From: Chloroflexota bacterium
Lineage (GTDB): Bacteria > Chloroflexota > Anaerolineae > B4-G1 > SLSP01
DNA: 39,733 bases
Direction of reading: 5' to 3'
Assembly: GCA_022707705.1 (NCBI GenBank)
Contig: JAKJAC010000012.1
Span: forward strand, 1 to 39,733
In this document: in pieces, positions 18,617 through 26,100 of the stretch
Layout of the letters: each line of letters begins with the position of its first letter
How positions within the stretch are numbered: position 1 is the first letter of the stretch
Position numbers and translations under genes: made by a program
The notes under the pieces: model-generated
Database searches by the model: none
Told to the model about the DNA's origin: nothing
The model's input: only the letters and a program-made list of their open reading frames with translations

Positions 18617-18679
18617 AGAGATGAGTTAGCACTCTGGTGTGGAACGTGCGTCCTGGAATTGATGTAGGGGTAAATAGCA

Positions 18680-19081
18680 ATGAGTAAAAAAACTGACCCA
18701 CCCAATATTCGCCGCATTTCCTGGCTTGTATGGGGCATACTGGCGGTATTAGCGATCGTCCTGATTTCAGCATTCGCACACGCATTGATGCTCAATGTAA
18801 CACTGCGCGATAAAGTCGCTACATTGGAGCCATTGCTGGAGCAGCAACAAAACCTCAACGCCACCTTGCAGGCGCAGTTGGACTACGTACAGAGCGATGC
18901 CTACACTGAGGCCTGGGCTCAAGACCAGGCTGGGATGGCTCGACCCGGAGAAACTCTGGTGGTGCCCTTGGCTGCCACAATGACCCCCACGCCTACGCCG
19001 CTACCCGAACTGACCCCAGACAACACGCCTGCTTCTAAGCCCTTCTGGGTGCAGTGGTGGCAGGCACTGTTTGGTGAGTAG
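18680..19081 (+). CDS. Septum-formation-initiator-like (DivIC/FtsB family) bitopic coiled-coil protein
   Basis: An N-terminal TM (ISWLVWGILAVLAIVLISAF) is followed by a coiled-coil. Next comes SDAYTEAWAQDQAGMARPGETLVV, which resembles the conserved YIE..AR..LG...PGE end of the FtsB/DivIC domain. A Pro/Thr-rich tail follows. Confidence 0.6.
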   Translation: MSKKTDPPNIRRISWLVWGILAVLAIVLISAFAHALMLNVTLRDKVATLEPLLEQQQNLNATLQAQLDYVQSDAYTEAWAQDQAGMARPGETLVVPLAATMTPTPTPLPELTPDNTPASKPFWVQWWQALFGE

Positions 19082-19087
19082 GCATCT

Positions 19088-19891
19088 ATGCCCATGCTCG
19101 ACGCACACGCGCTGAGCTTTTCCTACGCCGGGCGCGCTCCTATTTTCGCGGATTTCACATGGTCAGTCACTGCCGGTGAAATCTGGACTATCTTGGGACC
19201 TTCTGGTTGTGGGAAGAGCACCTTACTCATGTTAATTGCAGGGCTTCTGCATCCACAACAAGGTGAAGTCACCGTAGCGGGCGAAGTGTTGACCCGTCCA
19301 CGCCCGAGAACCGGGCTTATTCTGCAGGACTATGGATTGCTCCCCTGGGCAACCGTGCGCCAAAACCTGGCGCTGGGATTTGAAATCCGCCGCTTCTACG
19401 GTCCAGATGGGCGACATGCGCCCAGTGATGAGCGTTTCGAAAATCATGCAGCCAAGATAGATTACTGGCTCAAACGAGTGGGTCTTGATCAACTGGCGGA
19501 CGCCTATCCGGCACAGCTCTCCGGCGGCGAACGCCAGCGCACCGCGATTGCCCGCACACTTGCCTTAAGCCCCGACCTGCTGTTGATGGATGAGCCTTTT
19601 TCCTCATTGGATGCACCGACCCGTGAGTCGCTTCAAACCCTGACTCTGACATTGTGCCGCGAACAGATGCTCACTGTGGTATTGGTTACCCATGCTATCG
19701 AAGAAGCCGCCTTCATGGGACAGCGCATTCTACTGTTGAAGGACCCTCCACATCATATCCCGCGGATCATTGAAAACCCCCATACACCCGATGTGGCTTT
19801 TCGAAGTTCGGCCGTCTATCAAGGCATCTGTGGTCAGCTGCGTGCGCAGCTTTCCGCAAGCGAGCGCCTGGCGCCTGAGGCAACCGGATGA
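19088..19891 (+). CDS. ABC transporter ATP-binding protein (NitT/TauT nitrate/sulfonate/taurine-type)
   Basis: Walker A GPSGCGKST, Q-loop LILQDYGLLPW, signature LSGGERQR, Walker B LLLMDEPFSSLD and H-loop VTHAIEEA. It starts 6 nt after the DivIC-like stop. Confidence 0.85.
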   Translation: MPMLDAHALSFSYAGRAPIFADFTWSVTAGEIWTILGPSGCGKSTLLMLIAGLLHPQQGEVTVAGEVLTRPRPRTGLILQDYGLLPWATVRQNLALGFEIRRFYGPDGRHAPSDERFENHAAKIDYWLKRVGLDQLADAYPAQLSGGERQRTAIARTLALSPDLLLMDEPFSSLDAPTRESLQTLTLTLCREQMLTVVLVTHAIEEAAFMGQRILLLKDPPHHIPRIIENPHTPDVAFRSSAVYQGICGQLRAQLSASERLAPEATG

Positions 19892-20643
19892 CAAAACTAC
19901 GCCCGTGGGAAATCATCCTGACTTTGCTGGCGCTACTTGTGTTTTGGCATATCGTTGCCTCGATAGCCCAACTCCCGATTTTGCCCCTCCCACACCGCGT
20001 GCTGCTAACCTTTTTCAAAGAGTTCCCCCAGAATCTAGGGATTCACTTTCTGGCAAGTCTTTACCGCGTCATCAGCAGTATTGGGCTGGCAGTGTTGCTG
20101 GCGGCGCCCGCAGGATTGATCTTAGGGCAAGGTCCCCGGCTCAACCGCGTATTTGCGCCGTTGATCTACCTGCTGTATCCCATCCCAAAAGTTGTATTGG
20201 CGCCGATTATATTGTTGTTTTTGGGAGTGGGTGATTTCCCTAAAATCATTATCATCTTTCTGATCTTGTTTTTTCAGATACTGGTGTTGGTCCGTGATAG
20301 CGCTGCGGCTATTAGGCCTGAATTGTTGCTTAGCGTACGCAGCCTGGGCGCAGGTCGACGTGCGCTCTTTCGATTTGTTTACCTGCCGGCAAGCCTTCCT
20401 GCGGTGCTCACCGCAGTGCGCCAATCTATCGGCACTGCCGTAGCTGTGCTGTATGTTGCCGAGCTCTTTGCCACACGTTGGGGTCTGGGTTACTATATCT
20501 ATCTCAACGGAAGCACACTCTTCAACTACACGGCGATGTATGCCGGCGTTCTGGCAATGAGTTTGTTGGGCATGGGCTTGTACTTCACCGTAGATGCGTT
20601 GGAAAAACGCCTTTGCCGTTGGCGTAACCTGAACCTGCCTTGA
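19888..20643 (+). CDS. ABC transporter permease (type-I importer, SsuC/TauC-like)
   Basis: Six predicted TM segments. EAA-loop-like SVRSLGAGRRALFRFVYLPASLP. The ATGA start/stop overlap with the ATPase gene indicates translational coupling. Confidence 0.85.
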   Translation: MTKLRPWEIILTLLALLVFWHIVASIAQLPILPLPHRVLLTFFKEFPQNLGIHFLASLYRVISSIGLAVLLAAPAGLILGQGPRLNRVFAPLIYLLYPIPKVVLAPIILLFLGVGDFPKIIIIFLILFFQILVLVRDSAAAIRPELLLSVRSLGAGRRALFRFVYLPASLPAVLTAVRQSIGTAVAVLYVAELFATRWGLGYYIYLNGSTLFNYTAMYAGVLAMSLLGMGLYFTVDALEKRLCRWRNLNLP

Positions 20644-20787
20644 GAATGGGTATGGGACGGATTATTGGCTTTTGCCGCATATTAGGTGGCAATTAGGGTG
20701 ACTGGGCTTTCGTAGCAGGTCGCTGACCCAAACCGTGCTATGCCCCTTGCGCAACATCTGAAGCGGGAGCAAGGCATTTGGCCCGGG

Positions 20788-20825
20788 GTTGACGCGTCAA
20801 CGGGTTGACGCGTCAACCCGTTGAC
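20788..20825. promoter_or_regulatory. Array of five alternating GTTGAC/GTCAAC half-sites at exact 8-bp phasing (operator-like)
   Basis: GTTGACgcGTCAACggGTTGACgcGTCAACccGTTGAC. It contains two perfect 14-bp palindromes (20788-20801, 20804-20817) and a perfect 20-bp palindrome (20801-20820). It lies about 100 bp upstream of the candidate Roadblock-operon promoter. Confidence 0.6.
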
Positions 20826-20924
20826 GAAGCAGCCATATCGCGCAGTGGGCTTTATAGGGGACGCAGAAGCCCATTGAACTGCTACGAATGCCCCGACTCT
20901 GAATACTTACGCGATAATGCTTTC

Positions 20925-20953
20925 TTGACAATACACTATTCCTGTGGTAACCT
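20925..20953 (+). promoter_or_regulatory. Candidate sigma70 promoter (TTGACA-N17-TAACCT) of the Roadblock operon
   Basis: Perfect -35 TTGACA at 20925-20930, a 17-nt spacer and TAACCT at 20948-20953. It is about 75 nt upstream of ATG 21027. Confidence 0.45.
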
Positions 20954-21026
20954 TTTTATAACTCAGAAACTCGATTTCCTGGACATTTTGATAGTTTCTT
21001 TATCCCCAAATCGGAGGAAATGAACG

Positions 21027-21404
21027 ATGGCAAGTCGGCGGTCGCGAACGGAACAGATGGTCGAGCGCTTGCGGGATTTGCAGATTAGCAGTCCCGATAT
21101 CGAAGCTGCAGCGATAGTGAGTGTGGATGGGTTGCCCATCGCCTCGTCACTGCCCCAAGGGGTCGAAGAAGACCGGGTCTCAGCCATGTCAGCCGCAATG
21201 CTCTCCCTTGGTGAGCGCATTGCGACCGAGTTGGGTCGGGGTATGCTCGATGAAGTATATGTCAAAGGTGAAAAGGGCTACGTCATCCTCCGCGCCGTGG
21301 GGGAAGAAGCCGTGCTTACCGTGCTGGCACGCCAGCAAGCCAAATTAGGCTTACTCTTCCTCGATATGCGCCGGGCAGCTGAAGAGCTGGCCGCCATCCT
21401 TTAA
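21027..21404 (+). CDS. Roadblock/LC7 (MglB-like) domain protein
   Basis: IEAAAIVSVDGLPIASSLP....DRVSAMSAAMLSLGERIA......EVYVKGEKGYVILRAVGEEAVLTVL is the canonical Roadblock/LC7 pattern. GGAGGAAA SD upstream. Confidence 0.85.
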   Translation: MASRRSRTEQMVERLRDLQISSPDIEAAAIVSVDGLPIASSLPQGVEEDRVSAMSAAMLSLGERIATELGRGMLDEVYVKGEKGYVILRAVGEEAVLTVLARQQAKLGLLFLDMRRAAEELAAIL

Positions 21405-21426
21405 TAACCCAGCAAGGAGGAATACA

Positions 21427-22068
21427 GTGGCTAACACTCCAGTACCCAGTAGTCTGTATTACCCTAATCGCTTTGCGCTGATTCTGCTTAAAGCACTGGA
21501 AGAAATCATGGGGCGCAACGGCTTGAATGCGGTGCTCAATATGGGTGGTCTGGCGCATTGGATTACCACACCACCTGCCGACAATATGGAGAAGAGTGAG
21601 TTTGACTTCGCCTACATGGCGGCACTCAACGAAGCCCTCGAGGAGATGTATGGACGGCGCGGCGGGCGAGGCTTGCAATTGCGACTGGGGCGTGTGCTTT
21701 TTGTTGAGGGCCTGGCGAATTTCGGCGCCCTGGTAGGCGCCAGCGACCTGGCGTTCAAGATTATGCCTTTACCCACCAAACTCAAGGCTGGCTTGCCGGC
21801 GGTCGCCAAAGTCTTCGATAGTTTGAGCGATCAGACCTCCTATGTGGTAGACCCAGGTGGCGACCATTACCTGTACCACATTGCGCGGTGTTCGATGTGT
21901 TGGGACCGCCATGTGGATCACCCGGTGTGTTTCATTGCTTCCGGTATTTTGGAGGAAGCGCTGCGCTGGGTTAGCAGTGGGCGCACATTCCGAGTAGATG
22001 AGATCAGCTGCATTGGGATGGGAGATCAAACCTGCTCTTACGCCATTTACAAAGAACCCATCGGTTAA
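21427..22068 (+). CDS. V4R (4-vinyl reductase-type) small-molecule-binding domain protein
   Basis: The C-terminal CSMCWDRHVDHPVCFIASGILEEALRWVSSGRTFRVDEISCIGMGDQTCSYAI matches the Cys-spaced V4R signature. The GTG start has an AAGGAGGAA SD. Confidence 0.75.
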   Translation: MANTPVPSSLYYPNRFALILLKALEEIMGRNGLNAVLNMGGLAHWITTPPADNMEKSEFDFAYMAALNEALEEMYGRRGGRGLQLRLGRVLFVEGLANFGALVGASDLAFKIMPLPTKLKAGLPAVAKVFDSLSDQTSYVVDPGGDHYLYHIARCSMCWDRHVDHPVCFIASGILEEALRWVSSGRTFRVDEISCIGMGDQTCSYAIYKEPIG

Positions 22069-22080
22069 GCGGTTCTCTTA

Positions 22081-22968
22081 GTGAGTGTTATGGACTCTGT
22101 CGAGACTCTGCAACACATTCTGGTAGTGGAAGATGATCCTAACACAGCAGAGATGCTGACGGCGTATTTTGCATCTCTGGGGTATCAGGTTACACACGCA
22201 GCCTGGGGTCAAGATGCTCTAACGCTAGCTGCACAAAATGTACCGGATTTGGTAGTTCTGGATATTCATCTGCCGGATATTGACGGTTATGAGGTTTGTT
22301 CGCGCCTACGTTCACAGCGCCGAACGATGAATACTCCCATTATCTTCCTGACTGAGCGCAATGAGCGCCGGGATAGGCTAACCGGCTTAGAGCTTGGTGC
22401 CGTAGACTACCTGACTAAGCCCTTTGATGTGCAAGAGATTCGCTATCGTGTGCGCAATATTCTGCGTCGCAGTACCTCCAACGCGCTATTGCACCCGCTC
22501 ACCGGGCTTCCGACCGCCGACCTGATTGAGGCTCAGGTGCAGCGACTTCGACTACAGTCGGAGCTAATTCTGGTAGGCGTGCGCATCAACGGCATGAGCG
22601 CCTTCAGTGATGCTTATGGCTTCGTCAGTCACGATGATATTCTGAGAGCCGTTGCCCTGATTCTGCGCAATACGATGACAGAGATGGTGGTGGAAGATGC
22701 TTTTGTGGGGCATCTTCACGCTTACGATTTCGTATTGATTGTTCCAGAGTCGCAACAGTATCTGCTTATGGGACGTCTGTACCAACGGCTACAAGAAGCG
22801 ATTTCATTCTTCTATCCCTATCAAGACTGGGAAAGCGGGCGTCTGGAAGATGGTACGCCATTGCCCAAAATCGAGTTCGATGTGCGCATGATACAGTCCG
22901 CGCAGGTTCCGCCGAATTGCGATCTGGAGCTTTTACGACAAGCGCTATTTAGTACACCCAAGAATTAG
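22081..22968 (+). CDS. Response regulator: intact REC domain + degenerate GGDEF-like output domain
   Basis: REC carries VVEDD, the phospho-acceptor in VVLDIHLPD (D codon 22261-22263), FLTE and LTKPF. The C-terminal domain begins HPLTGLP like a GGDEF domain. The GGDEF position reads HAYDF (22717-22731) and the upstream metal-binding D.D reads RING. ATG 22090 is an alternative start. Confidence 0.8.
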   Translation: MSVMDSVETLQHILVVEDDPNTAEMLTAYFASLGYQVTHAAWGQDALTLAAQNVPDLVVLDIHLPDIDGYEVCSRLRSQRRTMNTPIIFLTERNERRDRLTGLELGAVDYLTKPFDVQEIRYRVRNILRRSTSNALLHPLTGLPTADLIEAQVQRLRLQSELILVGVRINGMSAFSDAYGFVSHDDILRAVALILRNTMTEMVVEDAFVGHLHAYDFVLIVPESQQYLLMGRLYQRLQEAISFFYPYQDWESGRLEDGTPLPKIEFDVRMIQSAQVPPNCDLELLRQALFSTPKN

Positions 22969-22983
22969 ATATGGGGGCTGATT

Positions 22984-23022
22984 CAACAGATCCAGGGATG
23001 TCTCCTGGGTCTGTTGTTTTTT
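22984..23022 (+). terminator. Rho-independent terminator of the Roadblock-V4R-RR operon
   Basis: CAACAGATCCAGG-gatgtct-CCTGGGTCTGTTG followed by TTTTTT. Confidence 0.8.
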
Positions 23023-23120
23023 CAGTCATTGCAGCTGCCTGGCGAGTTTGAGAAGTGCGTTAGCGGCATTGCCCCCTAAATCAAAACAGTGCTGCTAATC
23101 ACCCCACAAGAGTACCATTC

Positions 23121-26100
23121 ATGGCAAAAATACGAGTCTGGATTACACAACACGGATTGCCGATTCTTTTGTTACTGCTGGCGCCTTTGCTGCTCTTTGC
23201 ACCGGTGGTCATAGGAGATGCTACCCTTCTCCCCGCCGATGCGCTTATGCTTTTTGAACCCTTCCGCTCGACGGCGCAGGAATTGATCCCACCGCACAAT
23301 CCGCTGCTCGCCGACCTGGTGTTGCAAAACTACCCCTGGCAACGTCTCATCGTCAACGCACTCAAACAAGGCGAAATCCCCTGGTGGGACCCGTTTACCT
23401 TCTCCGGGCATCCTTTTCTAGCAAACGGTCAAGCCATGGGGTTTTACCCGCTCCGCGTGATTTTCCACATCTTCCCCCTACCACGAGCTTATGGTATCTT
23501 TATCACCCTGCAATTGGGATTGGCGGGTGTATGGATGTACGTGCTCGCCCGCGTTTTGCATGCCAATCGACTGGGGGCAGTACTGGCAGGTTTGACCTTC
23601 GAGCTCAGTGGTTTTCTGGTGGTTTCCGCCGTTCATCCCATGATTATTGCCACCGCCTCGTGGCTACCGCTGTTACTGGCGCTCGCAGAACTCGGCATAC
23701 GTCGTGCTCCTTTCTTGCGTTTTGGGCGCAGCACCTTGCCCTGGGCGCTGTTGGGAGCGGCGGCGCTGCTGATGCAATTGCTCGCAGGTCATGCAGAGAC
23801 CGCCTACTTTGCTCTATTGGTGCTGGTAGCTTTTGTAGCCTACCGATTGCTCTACCGGTTGCTGACGCTCCCCAAATCGGAATGGCGCACCGAAGTGCTC
23901 ACCCCGGCGCTCAGTCTTCTCCTCATGGGGGTGTTGGGCATCGGACTGGGTGCGCTACAGTATCTGCCACTCTACGAAAGTGTGAGCGCCAGTTTCCGCC
24001 AGGGCGCAGTTGCCTTGCAAGAAGTCTTGGGCTGGGCTTATCCCAAACGGCGCATGCTGACTTTTCTGATTCCGAACTTTTTTGGCAACCCCACTCACCG
24101 GGCGTTTCAGGACATTTTCACCGGTAAATGGATTCAAGCCACAGTGAATGCATTTGGCAGCCCTGTCAGCGCCTTCGAGTGGGGCATCAAGAATTATGTA
24201 GAAGGCGGCGCGTACATGGGCTTGCTGCCGCTGGCATTGGCACTGCTGGCGGTACTGGATGCGTTCCGTGGAACTGCCAGCGCCAGGGCCATTGGGCATC
24301 GCTGCATCGAACGACTACGCCTGTTTTTCCGGCAACCCTATACCCCATTTTTCACCCTTCTGGCGCTGTTTGCTCTGGGTTGCATCTTCGGTACACCAGT
24401 GTATGCCATCGTCTATGCATTGCCCCTGCTCAGTCAATCTCATAGCCCCTTCCGCTGGGTCTTCCCGCTCACGGTGGCAGTGGCAGCGCTCGCAAGTCAG
24501 GGGGCAACGGCGGTAGCCCGCTCGCGTCGCTCTGCAACGCAAACAGGACAACCGGCTCAAAGCGAACCAGTTTTCTCGCGCGTGGTGCGCTGGTTAGGAT
24601 GGGGGATTCTGGGCAGCGGGGTCGCGTTGCTGGCAGGCTTGTGGCTCTCACGGTTGGCTTTCCCTGGCATCGAGCCGTGGGTCGAGCGGCTCTTCTGGGC
24701 GTTGGCAAAAGCGCCGGATACCTTCCCCGATGCGCGTACATTCTACGCTTACGAATTCCGTTGGATACAGCAAGCCGCGCTGTTGCTCATCGTCACTGGC
24801 ACAGTGTTGCGTGTGTCACGCTGCCCTATCTTCCTGCCGCAAAGGCTAAAACGGCGCCCGATATGGGAATCATTAGCCCTTGTGGTGCTCATAGTAGACT
24901 TGCTCAGCTTCGGTTGGGGCTTCAACCCGCAGGCTGATTCTGCCCCATTGTCCGTCACTCCACCCGTTGTCGAATTCCTCCGCCAGGATCAGGGCGTCTG
25001 GCGCCTCTCGAGTTTCGACCCTCATGGAAGTCGCGTACTCGATTCCAACACGGCGATGTACTTTGATTTTCAGGATGTGCGGGGTTATGATAGCACCTTT
25101 GCTACACAATATGTCCGTTACATGAATTGGATCGAACCACAAGGGCAATTGCTCTACAACCGCATTGCCCCATTTACCCAGTTCTCCAGTCTCGATAGCC
25201 CGTTAACGGACTTACTCAATGTCAAGTACATCCTTACCGATGTCGAAATTCCGCTGCCCAAGTATCAGCTGGTCTACGAAGAACCGGCCCTGCGTGTCTA
25301 CGAGAATCTCACAGTCATGTCCCGTGCCTTCACTTTACCGCAAAGCGCCACCATCGTAGTCCCTGATGCAGAGGCGGTGGGCACTACGCTTCAAACCTAC
25401 GATCCGCGTTTCTACGTCATCATCGAGGCGGTGCAAGAGGCGTGGAGCGGCAGCGCTCCCACACCCGGCGCTTGGCCCCGCCCCTTCGCGGCAGGGGAAC
25501 CGCAGGCACAAGTCATCACTGCCTATGGACTCAATCAGGTCGTGGTGGATGCCACTGTGGCGGAAGACGCATGGCTTGTCCTCGGCGATGCTTTCTTTCC
25601 TGGTTGGAAAGCCTTTGTGCGCCCCCAAGGCACAGGTGAGGATAGTGAGACCGAGATTCCCATTGCGCGGGTGGCAGGCAATTTCCGGGGGGTGCGCCTC
25701 ACTCCCGGCGCATGGACGGTGCGCTTTCGCTACACCCCTAACAGTGTGAAATTCGGGGTCTTTATCTCTTTCTTGTCGGGAATGATTGCGCTTTTCCTCG
25801 CAGTGGCGTGGGGCTGGAGGCGACTCTACCGTGAGAATACCCAGGCTTCCACAACCCAACGGTTGGCGAAGAACAGTATTGTTCCCATTGCACTCAATCT
25901 CTTCAACCGGATGGTGGATTTCGCTTTTGCTGCATTGATGCTGCGTATACTGGGTCCGGATAATGCCGGGCAATACTACTATGCCGGTAGCATCTTCATG
26001 TGGTTCGATATCATCACCAACTTCGGACTCAACACCTATCTCACCCGCGAAGTATCACGCTATCAAGAGCAAGCGCGACGTTACCTGGTCAATACCTCGC

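Noticed and set aside
18264-18679. Replication origin at the minus-to-plus gene-orientation switch, or a riboswitch (guanidine-I/ykkC, TPP, FMN) controlling the NitT/TauT-type ABC genes
   Set aside because: There are no clustered DnaA boxes (TTATCCACA-like) and no dnaA or dnaN nearby. No conserved riboswitch cores are visible (no CUGAGA...CCAGCG, no ykkC-type GGGA...CCCGGGAG).
23384-25973. Alternative-frame and antisense ORFs inside the YfhO::flippase gene (for example 23384-24127 plus strand at 247 aa, 25335-25973 minus strand at 212 aa)
   Set aside because: They are embedded in a long ORF with clear family motifs and membrane topology. Their compositions (Arg/Ser/Gly/His-rich) are typical of off-frame translation.
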